Source of the DNA: Octopus vulgaris
Taxonomy: Eukaryota
Direction of reading: 5' to 3'
NCBI GenBank assembly: GCA_951406725.2
Contig: OX597821.1
Location: 117,366,001-117,430,000, forward strand
DNA length: 64,000 nt
The position numbers were made by a program, and so were the translations under genes. The notes below the pieces were generated by a model, which searched no databases, was not told where the DNA came from, and saw only the letters and a program-made list of their open reading frames with translations. Positions 52,328 to 64,000 of the stretch are shown here, one piece after another (the first letter of the stretch is position 1; each line of letters starts with the position of its first letter).

Positions 52328-53111
52328 CAGGGTTTGATGGGTAAATTGTCGCCATTTTATATTTTTGATTTCGCACATGTGCATTATTGTTTTTTGATTT
52401 TGTCGACTACACAGTATAGTAGGGTCAGTTGAGCACAGTCTGTGAGAAAAACATCACCATGGCGCAATTTACTCTCCCAGAAATTTGGAAACAACCTGCT
52501 GTACTGCTTTGCATTTGTGCTGGAAGCTCCAATATGAGCGTTTCAGCGAGTTTGAGTGTCAATCTGAGGACATGTACTGAGAGTGATAAAAATCAAACAC
52601 TCAGTCATCATCATGGTGTTTGGAGTGGATTGCTAGTGATGGCGATGTTATGCCTCCATCTTCCCACACAGCCTCAGACTCAACACAGAGGCCTACATCA
52701 AGTACCTGTAGGAAGTAGTACTATCCTGAGTCAAAAGGATGGCTGCTGGAAGACCCTGTGTGTGACTCTGCACCATTCCACACAAGCAGAACCCAGTCAT
52801 GGCTGTCAGATATCTGCAGCCATGTATGGGGTGCATTTGAGCAAGAGACCAACAAAAGCTCTTTTAACACCAAGTCAAAGATTATGGCAGCATTCACCAA
52901 CTTAAACAAGGAGACTGTCCAGAAAAGTTGCAGATTCCGAAGTAGTCTGGAGGCTGTGGTTGAAGTCATTGTCAATTTTATTGAATAAATTTACTCTTTA
53001 GTATTTCAAGATATTTTTATGTAATTTTTGTAAATATATCTGCTAATATGAGATATTAGTGTTAGTTTCGTTTTTGTGTAATTTAGTTGACAATATATTC
53101 ACTGCACCCTG
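52328..53111 (+). mobile_element. Degenerate Tc1/mariner-superfamily transposon (maT/DD37D-like)
   Basis: TA|CAGGGT...AATTGTC / GACAAT...ACCCTG|TA termini. Fragments DSAPFHTSRTQSWLSD, VWGAFEQETNK and IMAAFTNLNKETVQKSCRFRSSLEAVVE..FIE* resemble maT-type transposases. Confidence 0.8.
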
Positions 53112-53137
53112 TATATTATATATATATATATATTTAG

Positions 53138-53380
53138 ATCATCATCGTTTAACGTCCGCTTTCCATGTTGGTATGGATTGAATGGTTTGACTGAGGATTG
53201 GCGAGCCAGAAGGCAGCACCAGTCTCCACTCTGATCTGGCAAAGTTTCTATGGAAGGGCATCCAGTTGTAGAAACTTTGCCAGATCAGATTGGAGACTGG
53301 TGTAGCCTTCTGGCTCGCCAGCCCTCAGTCAAACCATCCAACCCATGTCAGCATAGAAAGCAGATGTTAAATGGTGATGA

Positions 53381-53384
<4 letters not shown>
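53138..53384. repeat. Fold-back of two inverted RTE 3' ends
   Basis: (ATC)n-CGTTTAACGTCC...CTGATCTGGCAAAGTTTCTA joined to TAGAAACTTTGCCAGATCAG...GTTAAATGGTGATGATGAT. Confidence 0.9.
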
Positions 53385-53425
<41 letters not shown>

Positions 53426-53439
53426 TATACACACACACA

Positions 53440-54111
53440 CAAGATGTTTGGACTAAATTTGATGATTTTTTTGTCTCCTTTTTTTAAATAACTTAATGTA
53501 TTGAACAGTTATTGGCATTGGAGAGATTAAATTTGTAGTTGAGATAAAAAGTTAGGTGACATGGAGAAATGGAGGTCATGTGAATGTTGGGAAAGAGTTG
53601 TGTCTTGATGATTTGTGCTCGGTATCAAAATAGCAACATCATGACTACTGCTAAGTGCTCTTTGAACACTAAAGGATTTAAGAGATCGCAAAAACCAAGT
53701 TTCCCCCAAAATGTGATGGTATTTTTGCATATTTCCAGTGAGGGTGACATCATGCTGCCTCTCACCCTTGAAAAGGGCCTGAGTTTCTTGCACCCTTATT
53801 ACTCTGATTCTAACCCATGGAATTACTATGTATGGGATGCGATTGAGTGGCTTTGCCTGCTGTACCAAGACCGAGCTGGTGGCCAAGATCAAAGAGGTAT
53901 TTAAAGATCTGCCTGGGAACACAGTGAAGAATGCATGCGCCAGATTTTGGAGTTGTCTCAGAGCCATTGGGGAAGCTGAGGGCTGCTACTTTAACAAACT
54001 CTAGCCATAATCTAGTTGATATTTTTTGGTTTTTTTTAAAAGGCTTTTATTTTTGTATGTTATTTTTCTACTCTTTTTCTACAAACTCTCCAATTTAGCT
54101 CAAACACCCTG
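53440..54111 (+). mobile_element. Second degenerate maT/DD37D-like transposon
   Basis: Termini CAAGATGTTTGGACTAAATT / AATTTAGCTCAAACACCCTG. Fragments FPQNVMVF..ISSEGDIM, SDSNPWNYYVWDAIE and ELVAKIKEVF..LP..TVKNACARF. Confidence 0.75.
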
Positions 54112-54134
54112 GATGTGTGTGTGTGTATTTTATT

Positions 54135-54340
54135 TTTTTTTCCAGTATGTGACTGCATGTGTATCGTTGGCGATTTTCTTCTCCGTCTTCCTTTCTTTGG
54201 ACTTTTTCTATATATCTGATGAAGAGCTCTGCTCAAAACGTGAAATCCTCTTTCCTTTCCTGAGTGTCCAGTAACACTGGACTTATTCCATGTCCTCACG
54301 TTGTTGTTTTTTCTTGCTTGTTCCTGTTTGGATTGACTCT
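54135..54340 (+). mobile_element. Penelope-like pLTR fragment with near-intact hammerhead core
   Basis: CTGATGA-A-GAGC-TCT-GCTC-AAAACGT at 54216-54241: intact CUGAUGA box, perfect 4-bp stem II, GAAAC box altered to AAAAC. Confidence 0.6.
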
Positions 54341-54623
54341 ATATCATCATCGTTTAACGTCCGCTTTCCATGCTGGCATGGGTTGGACGATTTTGACTGA
54401 GGGCTGGCGAACCAGATGTTTGCACAAGGCTCCAATCTTGATCTGGCAGTTTCTACAGTTGGATGCCCTTCCTAACGCCAACCACTCTGAGAGTGTAGTG
54501 GGTGCTTTTTACATGCCACCGGCACGGGGGCCAGTAAGGCAGTACTAGCAATGACCTCGCTCGAATCCTTTTATACATTCCACCGGCACAGGTGCCAGTA
54601 AGACGGTGCTGGTAATACATACA

Positions 54624-54654
<31 letters not shown>

Positions 54655-56569
54655 TTATGTATGGTGTGTAATGCATAGTGCTATCTGGTTGGTTTAAATA
54701 GGGACCACTTTTACAGTCCTTGTTAGAGGATTTTGTGTCATTTCTTTTGTTGTTTACATTGAATATATTTAGAAGTATTTTCCAGATGCAGAAAACATTT
54801 TAACCGCCATTTAGCAATATTTGATTTTGTTATTAGCTTCACATTTGCTGTTAATCTCTGTTGAGATGGTTGTATTTTTAGAAAAACTGAAATCTTGTCT
54901 CTAATCAAAAGTTTAAAGTATTTCTGACGATGAGTGGAGTTTAACCTCGGCAACAAAACAGAATTGAATGGTACTGATGGCACCATTGTCTGTCTGTTGT
55001 CTGCAATTGTTGGAACATTTCTTTCTCTATGTAGCAACTTACTTTCCACAATACTTCAGCTTATTTCTATAAATATCCTACATCTCTTAAACATATAGTC
55101 CTTATATAAGACTGGTAATATGTTTCAATGTTTGTTCTCATAATTAGTATTTTCCAGAATTTTTGTATCTTCATAGTTGATGTAGTGTAGTTAGTAACTT
55201 TTATACTATTTTTTTTTTCATTTCATATTTGTCATAATATTGGCACCATAGGCTAGTTTTCTTGTATAGCCCAGGGCTGTCATCTGTTACAGCCCTGTGA
55301 GTGGATTTAGTAGAACAAAATGAAAAAGCCTGTTTCATATATTCAGACATGCATGCATGTGTGTGTGTGTGTGTGTGTTTGTCTTGACTTGTTGCGTCAA
55401 TGTCAATCATTTCCAATATTTTGCTAGATGTGTAGCCATGGAGAAATATTATGTTGCTTGGAAACTGGTAAAGGTTGATATCAGGTTGGTACCACATAAA
55501 AAGCACCCAGTGCACTCTGTAAAGCATACATCCAGCCATAGAAACCATGCTAAAACAGACAATTAGCGACTGGTGCAGCCCTCTGGCTTGCAAGCTTCTG
55601 TCAAACGATCCAACTCATGCCAGCATGTAAAACTGATCTTTGATGATGATGATGACGAAAGGCATCCAGCTGTAGAAAATCTACCTCAGTAAAATTCCAT
55701 CTGACCCATGCAAGCATGAAACAGTGGATGTTGAAACGATGGGGATAATAATGGTGAGTGGTAAGCTAGAGAAGTATTATGGTCCTTGTCTAATATTCAT
55801 CTTTTTTGCTAGTTGATGCCATTTCATAAACATGTTTACTAATAATGTTCTTGGGAAATACTTGACTCTTGGTTTTCTCCTCCAGAAATATGTTTTGGTG
55901 CCTAGTCAAAACAAACCAATATTAGTTCTTCAATAAGGAGTTTAAAAATCTGAATTAGAAATCGTCTAAATAGGTGTTGGTGTAAATTGCGGTACCTTGG
56001 GCAAGTTTCTTCTACTATAGTCTGGGACAAGCAAAACCTTGTGAGTGGATATGCTACAGGATGACTAAAAGAAGCCTGCTATATATATGTGTGTGTGTGT
56101 TGCTGAGGTGACAGATGTGTGGCGGAAGATTTCTGGACAATGGACATGAGTTAGAATAAGAACAGTAATAAACGAGCAAAGAATAAATGTATATAGTGCA
56201 TGTGCTTATATGTGCCACAGGCATGGGAGCCAGTCAAGTGCACACTCGAATACACATATATCATTATTTTTGATGTCCATTTTCCATGCTTGGATGAGTT
56301 GGATGGAGTTTATTGAGGCAGAATTTCAATGGTTTGTTGCTAACCCTTGTTTCCAAGCATGGTGGTTTTTCCTGATGGCCAGACATGTTCTAACTTTAAT
56401 ATAAATGTGTGTGTGTCTGTATAATCTTATCTTGATGTCATGTAAATGTTTGTAAACGAGCATCACCGTCATATACACAAAGTTGTTTGTTTCCAGTCTT
56501 GTGTGGGGAAAACATATCTGATGATGGGGTGGCCGATGACAGTACTGCCTAATTGGCACTTGTGACAGT

Positions 56570-57001
56570 GGAATGTTAAAAGCATCATCTGAGCGTGATC
56601 ATTGCCAGGGCTGGTGGCACGTAAAAAAGCCCCATTCAAGCATGATTGTTGCAAGCGTCGCTTTACTGGCACATGTGCCGGTGGCATGTGAAAAACAACA
56701 TTCGAGCATGGTCATTGCCAGTGCTGCTGGACTGTCTCCCATGCAGGTGGCATGTAAAAAACACTTTTTGAACGTGGTCGTTGCCAGTACTGCCTGAGTG
56801 GCCCTTATGCCGGTGGCTTGTAAAAGCACCCACTACACTCTCGGAGTGGTTGGCGTTAGGAAGGGCATCCAGCTGTAGAAACTTTGCCAGATCAAGATTG
56901 GAGCCTGGTGCAACCTTCTGGCTCACCAGTCCTCAGTCAAACTGTCCACCCCATGCCAGCATGAAAAGCGAACATTAAACGACAACAATGATGATGATGA
57001 T
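56570..57001 (+). mobile_element. RTE LINE 3' UTR copy with four hairpin modules
   Basis: Repeated TAAAAAGCA..TTCGAGCGTGATC..GGTGGCA(C/T)G modules, then the standard 3' end. Confidence 0.85.
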
Positions 57002-57899
57002 TATTTTGCTTGGAAACTGGTGAGGGTTGGTGACAAAAAGGGTATCTGGCCATAGAAAATTGGCCTCAGCAAATTCCATTTGACTCATGCGAGCCAGGAA
57101 AAGTTGATGTTTCTTTTTGACTAAAGAAACTGTTGCTTTTACATTTAATACATATTGTAGTATTTGACTGTTTCCAGTTGAAGAAAATCTGCAGTTATGT
57201 TTTGGCAAGTTGTAGTATCACAATTTAGATATTTCTTTTCGCAATGTTTGTTCACTTTACTCAAGATAGTTGCAGATTGCATTACATTTTTGCCCATTGG
57301 CATCATATAAGCATATTGCTTGAACAAAAGCATTTATCATTGATATTTCATTCGAATGGATTTTTGTAAAATGAAAATCTGATGCCAATGTTATCTGGAG
57401 TTAATTTCCTGGGGATAATGGGGATCTTTTCTCTTTTCCTTGTTTTGGTCATTGCACTGTGGCCATACGTGGACACTACCTTGAAGTATTTAGTCAAACA
57501 AATTGACCCCAATATCTATTTTTAAGTATAGTACCTATTGTATCAATCTCTTTTGCTGAGCCTCTAAGTTATGGGAACAAATGACCTAACACATATAGTC
57601 AAGTAGTGTGGTAGGGATAAATACAAACACACATATAGATATGCTTCCACACATTTTCACTTGTGTGGTTTTGTTTGGTTATAGTAGCGCTCACTTTGTC
57701 CGAGGTGCCATGCAGTAGAACTGAACCTGTAACCATGTGGCTGCAATGCAAGCTTCATAACTACATAGCTATGCCTAGGAAAATATGTTTTTTTTTTTTT
57801 TTTACATTGTTTATCATCTGGGTACAAAGAAATCAGTTCATTCTAATTTCACATTTTGAATTTTTGGAAATCACTTTACACTGGAGTTTTAAATTAATG

Positions 57900-58308
57900 G
57901 CTGCACCCATCCATTTTCTCCACCTGCTATTCCTGGGAATGTCATAGGGGCAGAGTCCTGAGGCACCTCCTTCATAGTCCTCAGAGAAACATCCGTCATT
58001 AATAAACTCTCTGGCTGGATTCCTTAGCATGACCGAGTTTATGGATATCATCCAACCATCTCATTCTTGGTCTACTCCTAGGTCTTCTGCCAGTTGGCTT
58101 GACTTGAAGAATCCATCTTGTGATGCTTTCCTGTGATATTCTTATATGTTCATAGCATAGTTGTGGCTTGACTTGGAGAGACTCCCTGATCTCCAAGCTT
58201 TGCGCCCTGTTGAGTAACATTACTCCAGAGATCCTCTAGAGGAACCCCATTTCAGCTGCTTGTATTCACAATTGTACGCTTTTGGTCATTATCCAACTTT
58301 CATGACCA
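57900..58308 (-). pseudogene. Rex3/Expander-type RTE reverse transcriptase C-terminal fragment
   Basis: Minus strand GHESWIMTKSVQL*IQAAEMGFL*RISG...EIRESLQV...PTGRRPRSRPRMRWLDDI. IQAAEMxFL and GRRPRxRPRxRW are RTE motifs. Confidence 0.85.
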
Positions 58309-58474
58309 AATGTGAAGAAAATTACGAAATGAGTTAATGGCTTGTGACAAAATTTTTGAATATTTTTTTTGTATGTTGTATAACTGAAGAGAAAATATTG
58401 GAATCTAGAAAATCTACAGTAGCTGGAGAGAAATAGTTTGTACTTAACTTACCTCGTTACTCTTGTGCTTTGTA

Positions 58475-58783
58475 CAAGGCTGTGGAGTTGAAACAAAAAC
58501 AAAAAAATTTTGACTCCCTTACTATTGGCACCTTTGACTCTGACTCCTCTACTGTTAGCACCTTTGACTCTGACTCCTCTACTATTGGCACCTTTGAGTA
58601 TGACTCCTCTTTATGTAATTAAGTGATTGTGGTGTTCATATCTCATTAAGCATATGCTTGTATTTTGGGTAGGCCTAAATGTTATAACTAGTTTATATTA
58701 AAGAATAAAGATATTGTGAGTCAGAGTCAGTATAGTTTTACCGACTCCGACTACACCTTATTGTTTCTGATTCCATGACCCTG
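58475..58783. mobile_element. hAT-like MITE with GACTC(C/T) subterminal repeats and internal ~31-bp tandem repeats
   Basis: CAAGGCTGTGGAGT ... ATTCCATGACCCTG termini, near-TSD GCTTTGTA/GTTTTATA, and about three TGACTCCTCTACTATTGGCACCTTTGAC units at 58511-58610. Confidence 0.6.
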
Positions 58784-59559
58784 GTTTTATATATGCACAG
58801 GTGTGGCTGTGTGTTAAGAAGTTTGCTTCCCAACCACATGGATCTGGGTTCAGTCCCACTGTGGCACCAGGGGCGAGTGTCATCTACTAGAGCTTTGGGC
58901 TGACCAAAGCCTTGTGAGTGGATTTGGTAGACGGAAACTGAAAGAAGCCCATCCTATATGTGTGTGTGTATCTTTGTGTCTGTTCTCCACCAAGACTTGA
59001 CAACTGGTGTTGGTGTGTTTATATTCCCGTACAAATAGGTTCAGCAAAGACATCAATAGATGAGGTACCAGGTCGATTCATTCAACTAAAAACTCTTCAA
59101 GGCAGTGCCCCAGCATGGCCGCAGTCTAATGGCTGAAACAAACACAAGATAAAAGATGTATAATGAAAATACCTAAGTGCTTGTTTCTGTGTGTCTAAGA
59201 TGGAGGATGATGGTTTGCATGATTTCATTAAATCTGTGTGAAAACGATTACTTATCTCTTGTAGTTTTAGAAACCAATTAATCAATCAGCCATTAATGCT
59301 AATGTATATAAATGAGATGTAAAAAGTGAGAAGGAAAGACAATAAGCTTAGATCTTATCAAACAGCAAACGAAGGAATATATTAGTGCAGACGTTTGTGT
59401 TGAAATACAAATTGTATTTAAATACTGAGACAATACGAGATTGAGTGTTGATAGATTTATGGTGAAGACAGGAAACGTAAAAAGGGTGTATACAGAGGGA
59501 GGATAATTGATACTGACTATATATGGATAATATATATATATAATTTAAAAATAGGATAA

Positions 59560-59784
59560 AATTTTTATAAGAAATTATCAAGTAGTTAGCGTGAAAAAAC
59601 TCATATGGGAAAAATTTATTAATTATTCCCTCTATATTTATTTATATTAAGGGCATTACTATATGCAAATGCCTCATGCTAGGATGGACTCAGTGGAAAC
59701 TACACCTTGTGTTTATTATGGTAGTTTTGACTTTAAGTGTCCTTCCAAGCGTGAGGTATTTATGTATAGTAATGCCCTTAATAT
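59560..59784. mobile_element. Penelope-like fragment ending in a ~140-bp palindrome
   Basis: ATATTAAGGGCATTACTATA...GAAACTAC / GTAGTTTT...TATAGTAATGCCCTTAATAT (59644-59784). The upstream motif is shared with 31101-31140. Confidence 0.5.
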
Positions 59785-61139
59785 ATATATACATACATAC
59801 ATACATATGCCAGTAGCACTGGTGTCTTGTTTTGAATTAATCATACATGAAATTTGATGGAGTACTCTGAATGGTAAAGGGTTTAGGGTTCAGTTGAACA
59901 AATCAACCCCAGTGTTTATTTTTTCCAAGTTTGGTGCTTATTCGATCGGTGTCTTTTGCTGAACCGCCAGTTCCTGGTGATGTAAACAAACCAACACCAG
60001 TTGTCAACTGATAGTATATGGAAAGACACATATACCATTATATATATGTGTGTGTGTAAGTGACTGTGTGGTAAGTAGCTTGCTTACTAACCACATTGTT
60101 CCAGGTTCAATCCCACTGCATAGCACCTTGGCCAAGTATCTTCAACTATAGCCTTGGGCCGACCAAATCCTTGTGAGTGGATTTCGTAGATGGAAACTGA
60201 AAGAAGCCTGTCGTATGTATGTGTGTATATGTTTGTGTCTGTTTTTGCCCCCCACAACGTCACCTGACAACCAATGCTGGTGTGTTTACATTCGGCAAAA
60301 AAGACTGATAGAATAAGTACTAGGCTTGCAAAGAATAAGTCCTGGGGTTGATTTGCTTGACTAAAGACAGTACTCCAACATGGAATGACTGAAACAAATA
60401 GAAGAGTAATATAATGTATGTATGGGCTTTTTTTATAGTTTCTCTCTACCAAATTTGCTCACAAGCATTGATTGGCTTGGACACTTGCCCTTGGTGCTGT
60501 ACATTGGGTTTGAACTTGAAACCACATGGCTGCAGAGTGGGCCTTTTAACCACAGACATATCTGCTTCAATAAGTCAAGTAAATTTCTCAAGTTGTATAC
60601 CCTGGTATATATATATATATATATATATCCATTGCCATCTGTAAAAAGAAGAGGGAAGTTACTAAGTTGTGAAATAAATTTTGGATTATTAAAACTTATT
60701 AAATGGAGCTGTGAAAATTGAGGCAAAAATTCTTTCATTTTTGTGTGAGAGGACTTCGTTTCTGGCACTAAACTATGCAACAAGTCTTCAGTTCCCAGTT
60801 CATTTCGGTGCTTCACATTCACCAGGTTGTTCTGTCAAAGACAAAACAATTTAATGTCATTAAGTGATGCAGTGAGATTCTTTTAGCCTACTTAGTCACA
60901 ATATGTGATACTACAGTGAAGGGGCCAATGCCATAACAATTTGCCCATTGCAACTTGTTAACCCTTTAGCATTGAAATTACTTTGTCAAATGTAATGTCT
61001 GTTTATTCACATTATTTTGAATTAATCGGGCATTATCTCGTTTTATTTCAGGATATGATTTTGTTTACTTTTGGAGTGACCGTGTAGGATAGGTGTGAGA
61101 GGCCAAATCTGGTTGGTTTGACCATAATACAGAAAGAAT

Positions 61140-61290
61140 TCCGCCGAGGTTGACTTTGCCTTTCATCCTTTCGGGTTCGATAAATTAAGTACCAGTTATG
61201 CACTGGGTCGATGTAATCGACTTAATCCATTTGTCTGTCCTTGTTTGTACCCTCTATGTTTAGCTCCTTGTGGGTAGTAAAGAAACATAT
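61140..61290 (+). mobile_element. 5'-truncated SINE B nested in a piggyBac-like MITE, 13-bp TSD
   Basis: ATACAGAAAGAAT at 61127-61139 and 61291-61303 flanks the SINE; the MITE sequence resumes afterwards. Confidence 0.8.
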
Positions 61291-62450
61291 ATACAGAAAG
61301 AATATTTGGGCTGGATGTAGCTAGTTTAAATGCTAACAGGCTTAGCAAACTCTTGGTAGATGAGTTACTCAAAGTATTGCTACAGTTAATGGGAAAATCA
61401 AATTCCATACATATAGCTTCTGTATGTAAGACTGCGTACTACATTTACCATACTCTTAGCCAAAAATGATGGCTTGAAAATATAAGCATTGGAAAATCAA
61501 TATAAATGGAAAAGAACTTATATGCTTAGAAGAAAGGCTAAAATTCTTTGAAATCTGGTTGAACAGTGTTAAATTGTGTGTGTTCAAAATCTTCATTGCT
61601 TAAAGTAATAGTGTATGAAGATAAAAGTGGATAGAATTATTAGCGATATGACGGCATTTCATAAAGACATACCGAAACTAATATGTGTAGATAGCATAGG
61701 AGTACAGCCCAGATAGGAAGACTATTGATATGGAAAGATATATTGGTAAGTATAAGAGAAGATGCATATATTGTTGGCCAGTTAGGAAGATTGAAGATTT
61801 TGTAGACTTTGTAGAATAATAGGTGAAATGGTGTGAGAAATAGCAGAATGCGACGTCTCAGGATGCTGTTTTAACCAACATAAAACTTGGAGATATATTG
61901 TTGTATTATGTGGGTTGCAGTGATTGATAAGACAAGAAATAAGACTAAAATTGGCTGTGTATTAATATAGGATAGTAACTGAATTGTCAGAGTCAAGCTA
62001 TTGGTGCTTGTATCATGGTTATGCAAAGTAGATGCTTCATTTGGTATATAATTAAGACTTGAATTTGGGTTAGTAAATTGCAATGTAGTTGAACGGTGGT
62101 TAAAGACATGCCACTATATTGGGTTGGCAGCCGACTGCATATTGATTTGTGTTTGTGTGTATGTATGTGTGTGATTAGTTTGGATATGGTGTGATGTGTT
62201 TTGGATGGTAAATAAGATGTGTGCATTTATGTATATGCATGTATGTGTTTGTGTATGAGAAAAAAATGGAAACAAAGATGTGTATACAGAGAGAGAGAGA
62301 GAGAGAGGCACAATTATATCATCTTCATTGTCTTATGTTTTTCTGTGTCTGCGTGAGTAAGATGGAGTTTAATGAAACAGATTTTCTATGGCTGGACACC
62401 CTTCTTGTTGCAATCTATATCTGTCCATCCACAAATGCTCACACACACAT

Positions 62451-62645
62451 ATATGAAATTAAATATAAGGCAAAGGAACTGGAACTTATGCAGTGAACAT
62501 CATTAGCTTACAGCTGTTTCTACTTTAAAGTGATGCACAAGCACCCACCTCTGGGTGCACTGCCTCTTATAGCAGAAACGGCTGTAAGCTAATGCAGTTC
62601 ATTGTGTAATTTCCTGTTCCTTTGTCATTTATTTAAATTTCATAT
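62451..62645. repeat. ~195-bp palindrome (Penelope-like inverted ends)
   Basis: ~70-bp inverted arms ending in CTTACAGCTGTTTCT / AGAAACGGCTGTAAG, with a GCACCC..GGGTGC mini-hairpin in the loop. Confidence 0.8.
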
Positions 62646-62671
62646 TTATGCTCTTTACTCAACTCTGTCTG

Positions 62672-62753
<82 letters not shown>

Positions 62754-63016
62754 CATACATACATACATACATATTACATAAGAACTGTTAATTTGTTGTA
62801 CCTTTGATTTTTACATCTGCTAAAATAATCCAAATTTAGATAGGATTGTTTTTAATGAAGTTGTTAGTAGATGCTCTATCTGGAATAGTTTTCAATTTCA
62901 GACATGTTTGGAATGAGTTAAAAAAAAAGGAAAAAAGTGACAACTGGATGTGAGCACTTTGTTCTTTGTTTAAAAGAAAGAAAAATTTCCATTTCCATTG
63001 ATAAAGATGTACTTTA

Positions 63017-63017
<1 letters not shown>

Positions 63018-63084
<67 letters not shown>
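63018..63084. repeat. (ACT)n trinucleotide microsatellite
   Basis: Uninterrupted ACT run; source of the poly-V ORF. A (CT)n/(TA)n tract lies nearby at about 62675-62770. Confidence 0.95.
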
Positions 63085-64000
63085 CACTCTGGTTAAAAGC
63101 TGAAATTTTCGGCAAAACTTCATCAAAGAATTCCTCGCTATAGATATACATGCATTAATTCATTTTGATGTCTGTACATCAAAGTGGGTTAAGAGAGAGC
63201 CTGAACCATGACTATAGACACTATGTTCTTGAACAAGGAATGCATTTAACTCACTGTCTACTTCCAGTTCATGGTTGAGCAGTTTCCAATTGGAATGACA
63301 TCTTGCGGTAAAATGGGTATGCCTTAATGATTATTCATAAATTAATGTACACATGTTCAGAAAGCATCTCGTGTTAATTTAGAAAAAGGAATGAATGAAA
63401 TGAGTTAGGCCATGAGGCTCTGTCTACCGCAATTATGTCAAGAGACCTTACTGTCTATATCAGTAAGCACTGTTACTTCAGTGTAGTATAAAACTAGTGA
63501 GTCAATATTGAAATTAGTGTGGTCACTCAGCCTGTTAGAAATAGCAGCTAAATCACCTATTTCTTCCCCCTCCCCTTCAGATTACTCTGTCAAATGTAAT
63601 TCTTATTCACATTGTTTAGAATTAATCATGCATTATCTTGTGGCTTTGAGTTTTCAATGATGTGCTTATATTTAGACTGACACAGGGTAGATGTGAAGGA
63701 CTGGCTCCTGATATGGCTATTTAAATGTAGAACTAGAAACCCCTAAAGAGGTAGGGCAGGTCATTGTTAGAAGGCCTTTGGTGATGGCTTGCTAGTTTAA
63801 GGCTTCCCCATGTTGTTAAACAGCCTCTATAGATCAAAAACTTAATCAAGGTTAGTTCACACCTGTCAACAATACTTTTAAAAGTTTAATTAGTCAGGTG
63901 GCATAGATGCCAAATCAATTGTGTTTATAATGAGCAGGAAGTATATAATAAATGGAACTAATTTACATAGCTGTGTAATTCATATTGCAATTATATTTAA

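Noticed and set aside
54924-54960. CTGACGA as another hammerhead core
   Set aside because: No GAAA box or stem III follows; likely chance.
55886-55936. Candidate exon 2 of the + gene after TTTTCTCCTCCAG
   Set aside because: The phase-0 frame hits TAA after 16 codons and no convincing donor precedes it.

Overview
AT-rich, repeat-dense eukaryotic (animal) genomic DNA. The repeat families and (TA)n/(CA)n load look like an Octopus or other coleoid cephalopod genome; this is pattern recognition, not a search result. Nearly all ORFs in the supplied track are microsatellite or repeat artefacts. The only host-gene content I can support sits in a CpG-retaining divergent promoter region at about 38.5-45 kb. 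On the minus strand is coding exon 1 of UBE2G2/Ubc7 (MAGSALRRLMAEYR, 43 nt, then GTAAGT); I could not find its later exons, which implies a first intron over 38 kb. On the plus strand is an unidentified gene with two candidate alternative first coding micro-exons (MMANDDVKWE and MASSPLK, both phase 0). The rest is probably intron filled with tRNA-derived SINEs, 5'-truncated RTE-clade LINEs (whose 3' UTR carries a modular hairpin array), mariner/maT, hAT and piggyBac-like MITEs, a rearranged Gypsy LTR element, and Penelope-like fragments with degenerate hammerhead-ribozyme cores. The most striking unexplained signal is about a dozen long fold-back (inverted) duplications built from unrelated element types. 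A 2.87-kb tandem duplication and very long poly(A) runs near 11-19 kb may be assembly artefacts. There is no CRISPR array, rRNA or intact tRNA, and no intact transposon ORF.
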